DNA of 64,000 bases from positions 5,014,416 through 5,078,415 of the forward strand of contig NC_057757.1 in the NCBI RefSeq assembly GCF_004010195.1, given 5' to 3'. A model generated the notes under the pieces. The model saw only the letters and a list, made by a program, of their open reading frames with translations. It was not told where the DNA came from and searched no databases. Origin of the DNA: Chiloscyllium plagiosum (taxonomy: Eukaryota). Positions 37,952 through 50,285 of this stretch are shown one piece after another (position 1 is the stretch's first letter; each line of letters starts with the position of its first letter). The translations under genes were made by a program, and so were the position numbers.

Positions 37952-40237
37952 AACCTCTAAGGTCACCCTTCAGCCTTCGTCATTCCAGGGAAAACAGCCC
38001 CAGCTATTCAGCCTCTCCCTGTAGCTCAAATCCTCCAACCCTGACAACATCCTTGTAAATCTTTTCTGAACCCTTTCAAGTTTCACAACATCCTTCCGAT
38101 AGGAAGACCAGAACTGCATGCAATATCCCAAAAGTGACCAATGTCCTGTACAGCTGCAAAATGTACCAACTCCTGTACTCAATACTCTGACCAATAAAGG
38201 AAAGCATACCATACTCCACCTTCACGATCCTGTCTACCTGTGACTCCACTTTCTAGGAGCTATGAACCTGCACTCCAAGGTCTCTTTGTTCAGCAACACT
38301 CCCTAGGACCTTACCATTAAGTGTATAAGTTCTGCTAAGATTTGCTTTCCCAAATTGCAGCACCTCGCATTTATTGAAATTAAACTCCATCTGCCACTCC
38401 TCAGCCCATTGGCCCATCTGATCAAGATCCCACTAATATGAGGTATCTTTCTTCCCTGTCTACACCTCCAATTTTGGTGTCATCTGCAAACTTACTAACT
38501 ATACCTTCTATGTTCATATCCAAATCATTTATATTAATGGTGAAAAGTATTGGACCCAGCACCGATCCTTGCGGCACTCCACTGGTCACAAGCCTCCGGT
38601 CTGAAAAACAACCCTCCACAGCCACCCTCTGTCTTCTACCTTCGAGCCAGTTTTGTATCCAAATAGCTATTCTCCCTCTTTTCAGGGATATAGGCAAATG
38701 GGGCTAGATTTATTTAGGATATCTGGTCAGCATGGACGAGTTGGACCAAAGGGTCTGTTTCCATGCTTTACATCTCTGTTACTCTATGCCATCTTATAAT
38801 TGGAAACAGGAAGCTTGTGTCTGTCTGTCTGGTCAGAGAATGCTTTCAGGAAATTAAGTGTGGATTTCCTAAGAGATTTCAATAAAATAGATGAGGGAAA
38901 AGATGTTTCTTATGTCAGAGGGTCAAGAACCAGACAGGACCAATTTAAAGTGATGGGTGACATGAAAAGCCTTTTAATGCAGTGAGCGACTAGGATCTAG
39001 AATATGCAGGATGTAAGAGTATGCAAATGAAACACAATCATGGCTTCATTCAAAAAATCTATAATAGGATTGTGTGCAGAGTAATGGGCATGGGTTCGAG
39101 CTGAATTACTGTTGAAAGCTGAATGGCCACCACCTCTGCTGTAACCATTGAGTTTCTATGCAATAAAATAGTCAATAGTTAATTAAAAGGACAGAGCATT
39201 TACTATGAAGAAACTAGCAAGGAGAGACCTCAAAGCACAACTCCAAGAATAAAACAGAAAGACACCATCACAAGAAACCAAATATTTGTTTTGTGAATAG
39301 ATGATGCAACAGGAAACACTTCTTTGCTAATTGTATACAGATTGTTTCCACTTCAGTGAAGATAGTAAAAGACTTAGTTAATTTAGTAGTTGTTTTCTCT
39401 TTGACAATTTGCTCTCCCTAGGTGTTGACTTTTGGAGAAAAGTTCCAAGGGGACTAATCTCCCTTTCCCTGGACAGTTAAGTTTTCCAACATGGATGTAG
39501 TTTACATCCAAAACAGTGCTGCCGGCACCCAAATTTAATTTGTATCCAATTCTCGGAGGCCTGCTATAAATTATCATTAGCTTCAGCTTCAGAATTGAGC
39601 ATATGAAAAAGAGCACACCAAGTGGTGAGAATAGAATATTGCATGTATTTAATCCCAATTATTGGTAAAGCATGCAGATGGAATTTGCAGAGACATAGCC
39701 ATATTAATGGGAGATGTTCAGTTGGAGGGGTTTAAGTGTTTAGAGGGCCTAAGGAAATTTAATTAATTAACCATTTTTGCTAAGGCTGTAATCTACAATG
39801 ACCTTAGAGTGAACCTCTCGGGAAAAGGTGAAACTTTCTGCAGCTGTGTGAGGAGGAGATGCCGTCACAGTCAAAGGCTCTCATCAGGGTGATAATAGAG
39901 GCTGTGAACAGCAGTCGGTGCTGTTCCTTCCACGTCTTTTAAATTGGCAGTGCAGTGCCCCTCATGTTTGTGGCACGCTTCAATGGGAGGAAGCTGCGCA
40001 ATGGTCCTGAAAGATGTTCCTAGGGAGGTTCTTTCCAATGATCTTCCCAATGTTAGTCAGTGTGGAGATTCCTCCACAGTTACTGCAATCAATCAAAGCT
40101 GTCTCCCATCTCGAGTGTATTTGTGCCAAATTTCAGTAGGGATTCCATCTGCCTCAGGGCATTGTTGTTATTCAGCAGTCAAATCTTCAAGCCTCAGAGT
40201 TAGTTTAAGATGCTGAAGTGAACAGAACATATCTGAC

Positions 40238-40486
40238 TCATAGATTTCCTAGAGTGGTGGAAGCAGGCTATTCGACTCATCGAGTCCACAGTGCCCCTCC
40301 AAACAGCATCCCACCAAGACCCCACCCTATCCCTGCATTTCTCATGGACTGTGGGAGGAAACCAGCGCACCCAAAGAAAACCCAGACAGCAAGAATGTGT
40401 AAACTCCACACAGACAGTTGCCCGAGGGTGGAATTGATCGATCCGAGGTCTCTGAGGCATTAGTGCTAACCACTGAGCCACCGTGC
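40238..40486 (-). mobile_element. HE1-type V-SINE, internally deleted
   Basis: GCACGGTGGCTCAGTGGTTAGCAC head and TTTCCTCCCACAGTCC block on the minus strand. Confidence 0.8.
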
Positions 40487-43400
40487 GGATCTTAATAGGA
40501 GATAGGTGAGCAAAATTAAAATGCAGATGAGGTTCAATGGCCAACTCGTGTTCCTTCCTGTATTTCTTCCGAGCTCTTTGAACCAAATGATATGTAATCA
40601 ATAGATGCCGTAAGTTCGGGGATATGGTAGCATAATGGTAATGTCACTGGACATGTAATCCAGTGGTCCAGGCTCTGGAAATGTGAATTCAAATTCATCA
40701 GCTAAAATTGAATTTAAAGCTAGTCTCAGTTTCAATCTGTTCAATCCTTTCAGTGCATTATAACCGTTCATACAAACACACAAATTTGGAGCAGCTGGCC
40801 ATTCAACCCCTTGAGGCTGCGCCATCATTTAATAAAGCCATGGCAGATCCATTTTTTGGTTCAAATTCAACATTCTCCTTCAAATGCAATAATCCTCCAT
40901 TCTCTTGCCTAACAAAACTCAATCTAACTCTGCCTGAAGAATATTCAATGACCAGCACCTTTTCCAAGTTCTGAGGCAGAGTCCAGAAGTCACACAGGTT
41001 TAAAAAAAAGCTCCTTGCCTCTATCCTAAAAAGATAACTTCACTTGTTTAACAATGGCCCCTAATTTTGAACTCACCCACAACAGAAAACAATCCAATCC
41101 ACGTCTCCCTTGTCAAGACTGTTCAGAACTCTGGAAATAAACTGTCTATCCAACTTTTTCTCATTATACACTTCCACTCCAATGTCATTTACATCTTTCC
41201 AAAAATAAAGAGACTAAACCTCCACACCGTATTCAGGATGTCATGTAGTCTCACAAAGGAAGTTATGAATTCTTAAAAAAAAGCATCTAAAGTAGCCAGA
41301 AATAGTAATAAATCTGAGGGTCATTTTGTGTATTCTTAGGTATACTCTCTGTTCCTTCCTACCATTCTAATATTTCTCTAATTTTCAATGTGACTATTTT
41401 ACCTTCCTACTTTGACTCTACCCCTAGATTTATTACATGGACCTATAAGCTCGATCCCTCGCTCTCACTGTTTAGTTTAAAGCCTATTTTATGTCCCTTA
41501 GTTATACAGTTTGCTAAAATGCTGGTCCTAGCACAACTAGGTTTGTCTCAATAATGCAGAACCCCACTTTCCTCAACACTGGTTTCATTCATCCACAAAC
41601 TGCAACCCACTTCTCCCATACCAGTCACTGAGCCACGTGATTATTTTATTTATCTTTTTTTTTCCCAACCAATTGGTATTTGGATCCAGGAATAATCTAG
41701 AGGTCATTATCTTTGTGGTTCAGCTGCTCAATTTGGTCCTAGTTTCTCATTCTGTCCAAGCAGAACCTCCTCCTTTGTCCTGCATAAGTCACTGGTACTC
41801 ATGGAGACCACAACATATGGATCCTCCCTCTCCTGAACATTTTTGTCCACCCCTGAATCTTCTGAACTCACGCTGATGTCTGCACAGAATTGTCTCTCCC
41901 CTTCATTGTATCACATCCTATTAAGACTACAGTCCTTTTTATTCCCTCCTATGCGAATAGCCTCCCCTACCATGGTGCCATGTTATAGTATCCACCTGCA
42001 GCCTTCTCTCATCCAAACAAATAAAGAACCTCAGAACCTGTTGGACAATTGCAAAAGTTAAGACTCCTGCACTGCTCCCCTCTGAGACGCTTTACCTGTC
42101 TCACTCTAACAAATCCTCCTTTCCCTGATCGCTGATCAAAACAGAAGACCCAATTCTAAGGGGTGGGACCTCCTCTATGCAGGTCAATGTCCCCTTCCTG
42201 ATGTGTCAGTGTCTGTCGTTCAGCCTGCAACTCAAACGCTGAGCTGAAGCTATTCCAGCTGTAAATATATACAAATAGTTATCTTTGCCCTGGATCGCCC
42301 TGGCATCCAGAAGTACCCACATGCTGCAGCTGTGACACATCACATGCTAAGTTTTCAATAAGTCATTTTAACTACATAAATAATTTATTTGATTATTTGT
42401 TTCCTTTTTCAAATATTTGATTATCCTATACCATTCTGTAATGCTTAGATATAGAATAGACTTTCACCATTTACCGGATACCAAAAAAAAACTAGCCTGG
42501 TTCTGGTACCAATATAAGAAATGGTTTCCACATTTTCTCGTGCCTCTGTATCCTTTCAGTAAAACAGGTATCAATGTGGTCTATCGAAGACTTTATACAA
42601 GGTGTAACATGACTTAGCCGGTGGTTTTCATGGTATTTCTCTTTCAACGAACATCCTGAAAACAGACTAAGAAAAGCAAAATATTGCGGTGACTGGAAAT
42701 CCAAAGTGGAAACAAAGTGTTGGAAATATTCAGTGGGTCTGGCAGCCTGGGTGGACAGATTAATAAAGTTGATGTTTTGAGTAAAGTATTTTGCCAGACC
42801 AGTATCTGTGGCGTCTTGCCCTGTTAAAATAAACTGTTACATTCACTGCTTTATGAAAGTGGTACTTGGGGAGTAGATTACAAAATGCCAATGGAGCTCC
42901 CAGAACTCTATCCCGAAAAGCCTCCGAGTAGATCAATTGCCAATTCCCCAACACTGATCTGGGAGACAATATGAGTAAGCAGCAAATGCCAAGGATGGTG
43001 CCCATGGAGGATGTGGGGGAGGCTTCTTGCACAAAGACTTCCAAGGTCAATCCCATTCCTTCCTCTCCTTGCGTCAACAGGAAACTCTTATCAAAGATAT
43101 AGGTAGGATCCAGATGTGAACGGGTTCTTTTCTGGAGTCCATTTACAAATCTATGTGTTCACAAATCAGAGCTCAATACAGGATAACGGAAAGCATTTAT
43201 AAGTATGGGAAATGTTCTTATCGTGGGCATTTAAACATTACGACTATGTGTGGGATCATGTTCATAAATACAAGCGTTTGTAAGTCAGACATTCCTAAAT
43301 TGGAGGTGTGCCATTAACCACAAAGAACTTTGGAGCACTCTGAGGCTGTGAAAGGCACTCTGTATATTCTTTACTTCTTTTGACCTGTTTGTTTCAATGT

Positions 43401-44005
43401 GATTCAATCTGGCAACACCACATGTAGCAGTTGCAATCTTGCAGCCTCACAAACCACAATGGTTGATGAGTTTCCCATTGCCACAATGGAAGAAGGAATA
43501 GGACTGGCTTTACATATTTTTGTGTGAGAAAACTCCCACCATCTCAAACCACCAATCCACCATCCTTCGCACTTGCTTCCAACTCCACACTGTCTCAGCA
43601 TTGAGGAGATCAATCATTGATTTCCAAGAGGTCTTTCTGACGAAGGTCTGGGAGGCCTCCCCTGGCCCTCAAATGGTCCTACTCTTAGCAAATGGGGAAC
43701 ATGTCTTCAGTCTGCATCAGGCTGGCACACAAGCAACAGTGATACCTGTGGCATTCAACCCTCTGGGAGCACAAGAGAAGTAGGGATTCAGGAGGGGAAA
43801 AGACAAAAATAAAGCATTCTGGGTTTATCAAGAGAGGCATACAGTACAATAAAAAAGCAAGTTGTGTTATGGATGATGATTAGGAAACATTGCAGTGCAG
43901 TATTAATGTTACTAGACTAGTAGGGATGATGTACAAAGTTAAAAATCACACAACACCAGGTTATAGTCCAATAGGTTTAATTGGAAGCACTAGCTTTTGG
44001 AGTGC

Positions 44006-44892
44006 AGAGGTAGAAGACAGAGGGTGGTGGTGGAGGGTTGTTTTTCAGACTGGAGGCCTGTGACCAGTGGAGTGCCACAAGGATCGGTGCTGGGCCCTCT
44101 ACCTTTGGTCATTTACATAAGTGATTTGGATGCGAGCATAAGAGGTACAGTTAGTAAGTTTGCAGATGACACCAAAATTGGAGGTGGAGTGGACAGCAAA
44201 GAGGGTTACCTCAGATTACAACAGGATCTGGGCCAATGGGCTGAGAAGTGGCAGATGGAGTTTAATTCAGATAAAATGCTGCATTTTGGGAAAGGGGGTT
44301 GGGAGGTCATGTTGCGGCTGTACAGGACATTGGTTAGGCCACTATTGGAATATTGTGTGCAATTCTGGTCTCCTTCCTATCGGAAAGATGTTGTGAAACT
44401 TGAAAGGGTTCAGAAAAGATTTACAAGGATGTTGTCAGGGTTGGAGGATCTGAGCTACAGGGAGAGGCTGAACAGGCTGAGGCTGTTTTCCCTGGAGCGT
44501 CGGAGGCTGAGGGGTGACCTTATAGAGATTTACAAAATTATGAGAGGCATGGATAGGATAAATAAACAAAGTCTTTTCCCTGGGGTCAGGGAGTCCAGAA
44601 CTAGAGGGCATAGATTTAGGGTGAGAGAGGAAATATATAAAAGAGACTTAAGGGGCAACTTTTTCACACTGAGGGTAGTACATGTATGGAATGAGTTGCC
44701 AGAGGATGTGGTGGAGGCTGGTACAATTGCAACATTTAAGAGACATTTGAATAGGTATATGAATGGGAAGGGTTTGGAGGGATATGGGCCTCGTGCTGGC
44801 AGGTGGGACTAGATTGGATTGGGATATCTGGTCTGCATGGACGGGTTGGACCGAAGGGTCTGTTTCCATGCTGTACATCTCTATGACTCTAT
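44006..44892 (+). mobile_element. young CR1 LINE 3' portion with internal deletion
   Basis: ORF with GVPQGSVLGP, KFADDTK and RT C-terminus; deletion between LHFGK and WEVMLRL; CTCTATGACTCTAT tail. Confidence 0.93.
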
Positions 44893-44918
44893 GCTGCTCT
44901 TTCAGGTGGTTGTGCCAC

Positions 44919-44947
44919 CTGACGAAGGAGCGGCGCTCCGAAAGCTA
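44919..44947 (+). ncRNA. minimal hammerhead ribozyme motif (PLE-type)
   Basis: CTGACGA-A-GGAGC(GGC)GCTCC-GAAA-GC-TA with palindromic AGCU stem III. Confidence 0.72.
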
Positions 44948-45046
44948 GCGCTTCCAATTAAATCTGTTGAACTTTCACCTGGTGTTGTGTGATTTTTAAC
45001 TTTGTACACCCCAGTCCAACACCGGCATCTCCAAATCATCAGCAGA

Positions 45047-45285
45047 GATGATGAGGAATTTATTCTCTCAGTGGAGTGAATCTGTGGAATTCATTACCAC
45101 AGAGAGCTGTAGAGTCTGGGTCATTAAATGTATTTAAGGTTGAGAGAGATAGATTTCTTTTAGCATGAAGGGAACCTCGGGTTATAGGGAATAAGGCAAA
45201 AAAGTGGAATTGAAAATTATCAGATCAGCTATGATCTCATTAAATGGTGGAGGCTTGATGGGCTGAATGGCTGACATGGTCTTAT
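45047..45285 (+). mobile_element. CR1 3' fragment (different subfamily)
   Basis: RNLFSQ..VNLWNSLPQRAV remnants; GATCAGCTATGATCTCATT 3' UTR. Confidence 0.75.
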
Positions 45286-45557
45286 AGTAATCTAGAATGC
45301 CACGATAACGTGCTGGCATCCTGGGGAGGGAATCTTACCATTGCAGAAGGTGGAATTAACTCAGTGAAAATAAATCAGAAATAAAAAGTTAGTTTAATGG
45401 TGACCACGTGTCTAATATTGACTGTCATGAAAACCCATCTGATTCGCAGATGTCCTTTTGGAAAGAAAATCTGCTGTTACCACCTGGTCTGGCCTACATG
45501 TCACTCCAGACCCGTGGCTGCAAGGATGAGGAACTTCGGTTGCAAAGGAAGATAAGA

Positions 45558-46492
45558 GATTTATACAAATGATTTGGATGTGAACATTGGAGATATGGTT
45601 AGTACGTTTGCAGGTGACACCAAAATTGGAGTTGTAGTGGACAGCAAAGAATGTTATCTAAGTCTACAATGGGATCTTGATGAGATGGGCTAAGGATTGG
45701 CAGATGGAGTGTAATTCAGATAAATGTGAGGTGCTGCATTTTCGAAAGGCAAGTCAGGGCAGTACTTATACACTTAATGGTAAGATCCTGGAGGGTGTTG
45801 CTGAATAGAGAGACCTTGTAGTGCAGGTTCATAGTTTCTTGAAAGTGTTATCTCAGGTAGATGGGATAGCAAAGAAGATGTTTGGTACGCTTGCCTTTAT
45901 TAGTCAGAGCATTGAGTATAGGAGTTGGATGGTCATGATGCAACTGTACAGGACATCTCTTAGGCCACTTTTGGAATACTGCATGTAATTCTGGTCTTCC
46001 TGCTAATAGGAAGGATGTTGTGAAACTTGAAAGGGTTCAGAAAAAATTTACAAGGACGTTGCCAGGGTTGGAGGTTTTGATCTATAGGGAGAGGCTGAAT
46101 AGGCTGGGGCTATTTTCCCTGGAGCATCAAGAGATAAGGGGGTGACCTTATACAAGTTTATAAAATCATGAGGATAGGGAAAATAGACAAGGTTTTTTTC
46201 CCCCCAGGAGTGGGGGAGTCCAAAACTGGAGGGCATAGGTTTACGGCGAGGTGGGAAAGATTTAAGAGAGACTGAAGGGGCAACTTTTTCATGCCGGGGG
46301 TGGTGCATGCATGGAATGAGCTGCCAGGCGAACTATTGGAGGCTGGCACAATTACAACATTTAAAATGCATCCGGATGGCTACAATGATAGGAAGGGTTT
46401 AATGGCCAAATGGGACTAGATTTGTTGATCTGGTTGGCATGAACGAGTTGGATCAAAGTTACTGCTTCCATGCTGTACATCTCTATAACTCT
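45558..46492 (+). mobile_element. CR1 LINE 3' portion
   Basis: INDLD..FAGDTKIG through the RT C-terminus; CTCTATAACTCT tail. Confidence 0.9.
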
Positions 46493-48504
46493 AAGTTGCG
46501 AATGTTTATCTCGACAAAAAGGAGGTTGAGAGAATATTTGATCAAGATGTTCAAACTCATGAGGGATCTGGACAAGCAAATATGGAGAAACTGTTGTCAT
46601 TGGTGAAGGAGTGACAGAGAGGTAGACAGAAAAACTAGCAATGGTAACACCATTATGACACAGCAAGCGGTTAGGATCTGGAACTTGTTGCATGAATGAA
46701 GTTGAGGCAGGTTCAGACAAGCCTTTCAAAGGAAAAATTAGATTATCTAAAAAGAGATCATTTGCAGGGTTGAGCAACAGCAGAGGAATGACACTTGGTG
46801 AATTGCTGCTTCAGATGGTCAACATAGGTAAGACTGTCCAAATGAACATCATCTATGCTGTAACAGTCTCCAAGTCCAAAAATATAAAACTCTGGGCTCT
46901 TCCCGTAATAGGTACTCTTGACCATAATTGGCATATGCGTAACAAACAAAATCACTGACCTTACTGGCTGATTTTCCCATTTAATCCATAGAGAATCTGG
47001 TCTGTGAATACACAATTTCCCTTCCCCCCCCCACCCCTCCCTTGCAGAGCTCCTGACCAAGGAGTGTCTAGTTATGTCATTTACACATGTAAAGCAATAT
47101 TTTCATGTGACTGCTGAGCCTCCACTTTGGGGGATGGGCATTCATCAACCTGGAGCCGACCATGGATGTTGCCTCTCGGAGACAATGGGGCCATTAGCAG
47201 CTCATTTGCCTCCTGTTCCTCCCCCACCCTCCATCTCTGAGTCGCCCGATTGGTTCTGGGAAAGGGCAGGTTGATGATAATTTAATTCAGTTTCTATCTG
47301 GTCAGTTTTTGCCAAGAGACAGCCATTCCAGAGGCAGATCCCTCACAGGTGGAGATATCAGCTCTCAACCACTCTTGAACATAGGTAAGGTTGTAGTCAT
47401 ACTCACAAACTTTGTAAAAGTCATACTGTTGTAGAATGGTTGTAACATAACAGGCTATCAGGCCCATCGTGACTGTTCCGGCTCTCTGCAGCTAAACAGG
47501 ACTACGTCTGCTGAATAACCAACAGTGTTTACCTTCATTTAATTTCTCTGTACACATTTGCAGAAAATTCCCTCTTTGTGGCAATCCTTATGATTGTGAG
47601 ATTGTGTTGATTGAAGAAAGTTGATTCATAGGAACATTGGGAATACTAGAAGGGCCTGTTCTGTGCTGTACTTTTCTATGTTCTATGTTCTATACTTATT
47701 AAAGGTGTTGAGGTCTGATTAGGCTGAATGCTTTGACTCATGAATTAAATTCTTCAACACACTCTTGGAGTCTTAAGTGGTTCACATCAGTACTTTACTT
47801 AAGATGTAGTCACAGTTGGCATGTGAGCAGATCAGAGAGTTAAATTATACAAGAGAGTAAGGGGAGTCTTGCTACAACAGTAATGTGTGTTGGGAAGATT
47901 ACACCTAGAGTATTGTGTACAATTTGGGTCGCAGTGTTTAAAAAGGATCTACTTGCATTGCTAGCAGCTCAGAAAAAAAAATCATTCAGCTGATTCAAGT
48001 GATTAAGAATTCGTCTTAGGTTCAACATGCTGAACTTTTCTTCCTATATGGGTTGGAGTTCGAGTTTAAGAATGAGAGGTGTTCTTACGGAAACATTATT
48101 AAAAGACTTCGAACATGCACAGGATAGAAGCTGATGGGATGTTTCCCCTTGTGGAAGAATCTAGAACAACAGGGCAGTTTCAAAATGGAGGGGGGGCCCC
48201 CATTTAAGACATGTGGAAGAATTTCTTTTCTCGAGAATTATTAATGCTTGGAATAGTTTCGTCCAGAGAGTGGTAAAGGCTGGGTGTACTCAATGGCAGA
48301 GTTAAGACAGATGCCAAAGACAAAACAGAATGCTGGAGGGATACAGCATCTGTGAAGACAGAAACAGCGAAAATGTTTCAAGTCTGATATGACCTTTATC
48401 AGTCATACCAGACCGAAATGTATAATTTCCACAGACGTTGCCAGACCTGCTAAGTTTCTCCAGAACTTTGTTTTTACTTCAGCACCCATAATATAGAATC
48501 ATAT

Positions 48505-48880
48505 ATCAGGGAAACAGACTCTTCGGTCCAACTTGTCCATTTGACCAAGTTTCCCAAATTAAACATTTGCCTGCATTTGGCCCATATCCTTCTAAACCTT
48601 TCCTATCCATGTAGCTGTCCAAAAGTCTTTTAAATGTTGTAACTGTCCCTGCATCTATCACTTCCTCTGACAGTTCATTCCATAAATACACCACTCTCTG
48701 TCAGATAAAGTTGCCCCTCAGGTCACTTTTATACCTTTCCCCTCTCACATTAAACCTAGTTGGTTTTGGATTCCCCAATCCTAGGGAAAAGACCTTTCCT
48801 GTTCACCTTATCTCTGCCTCTCATGATTTGTAAGTCACCCCTGAACTCCTACATTCTATTGAAAGAAGTCCCAGCCTCTC
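48505..48880 (-). mobile_element. CR1 3' fragment
   Basis: minus VYLWNELSEEVIDAGTVTTFKRLLDSYM. Confidence 0.85.
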
Positions 48881-49999
48881 TTTATTGAATTTTTGATTGA
48901 CAAGGTGGTCGAGGGCAGAAAGTCGACCAGCAAATCAGCCATGCATTTATTCAATGATGGAGCAAGTTTGAGTGGCCAAAATGCTCCTATTTTCTAATTC
49001 TCAGGTCCAAGTCTTGGACCTGGAGAGATCTCTACAAATTGGAAACAACTTTCTGATGATTCATCAGATTCATAAAAAGGTTGCAGTACAGAAGAGAGTG
49101 ATTTGGCCCATCATGTCTGCACCAGTTGTCTGTCAGACCAACTCAGGTAATCATAACTTCCACCAAAAAAATACTGGAGCATTTATTCACTTCATTTACT
49201 TTCCTTATTTTCTATTGGGGAAAAATTCCTCTTTTCGTTCTGTGAAAAACCACAAAAGAGTGACAACCCTTATCATTTAGATAGGCTTGTATTTATTAGA
49301 AACAGGAGAAGGAATGGGTCATGTGGCCCCCGAACCACTTCACCATTCAAGTAGATCAAAGCTGATCATCTACTGCATTGTATGTATATTCAAGGCTGAT
49401 ATAGGTAGATTTTTAATCAATGAGGAAATCAAGGGTTATGAAGAAAAGGCAAGAAAGTAGAATTGAATTTTATCAGTACAACATGGGCTGAACGGCCTAC
49501 TTCTGCTCCTAAGTCTTATGGTTTTATATCATTTTCCGTGTACTATCCCTGTATATGCACGATGGACAGTTAAATGTTTCGTTGAGGTGTAACCACTTAT
49601 AATGTAGGGGAGATCTATCAATGGCAGCAACACAGTACTCCTGTCATTGACAACAGAGTCAAATATCATTGAATGGTTATGGCACAGGAGGCTATTTACC
49701 CCATCATGTCTGTGCCATCTCTATGGAAGCCAACTATTGGGCATCAAAACTCAGAACCTTATGCATTTCTGTGTCTGTCTGCTTGTTCTTGCTTTCTCTG
49801 TCAAACTGTAAAACGCAGAGCAGAAGGAAGCCATTCAGCCCATCAAGTCTGCTCTACCATTCAATTAGCTCATAGTTTTTCTCATAATCCTCAACTCCAC
49901 ATTGCTGCCTTTATCCCGTAGTCCTTTGTCCTTCACAGATTTTTTAAAAAAGTCTCTGTCTTGAATATACTTAATGATCAAGCCTCTTCGGGCAAGGGT

Positions 50000-50285
50000 T
50001 CACGTCCCATAATCTAGACTGTCCTCTTGGGTAAGACATAAAAAGATCCTATGGCAATACCTCAAGGGGAAGTGGTGGCAACTGCACCCATGTCCTGGCT
50101 CCTCAGCCAACTTTACTAAAGCAGATGATCTAGCTATTACTTCACTATGGGAGGTCACTGCACACAAAATGGTTTCTACTTTCCTACAACAGTAACTACA
50201 CTGCAGAAGTAACCTTTTGGCTGTGAAAGGCTTTGGGATGTCCCGAGATTGTGAAAGACATAATCTGAATATACATACTTCTTTC
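50000..50285 (+). mobile_element. Deu-domain SINE 3' part
   Basis: AAAAGATCCTATGGCA...TGGCTGTGAAAGGCTTTGGGATGTCC tail shared with 2660-2760 (minus) and 10985-11045. Confidence 0.5.

Larger units (their letters stand above)
36401..38788. mobile_element. + strand CR1 3' fragment (36401-36687, resuming 38683-38788) interrupted by a - strand CR1 (36688-38682)
   Basis: the + copy 3' UTR is split at GAGTATATGAATA / GGGATATAGGC; the inner minus ORF carries GVPQGSVLGP and KFADDTK. Confidence 0.8.
43930..45040 (+). mobile_element. third Penelope-like family: inverted pLTR pair split by a CR1 insertion
   Basis: 43930-44005 is the reverse complement of ~44935-45008; GATGATG direct repeat at 43925-43931 and 45047-45053. 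Confidence 0.78.

Noticed and set aside
42760-43005. erythropoietin/thrombopoietin-like cytokine (signal-peptide-like MGTILGICCLLIL..., near GIGYF1 as EPO is in mammals)
   Set aside because: Only a vague APLAFC resemblance; I found no exons matching the EPO helices, and the frame extends upstream of the Met.
43997-44812. 271-aa reverse-transcriptase ORF as a domesticated gene or retron-like system
   Set aside because: 5'-truncated, internally deleted CR1 with an ordinary 3' tail and no ATG or promoter.
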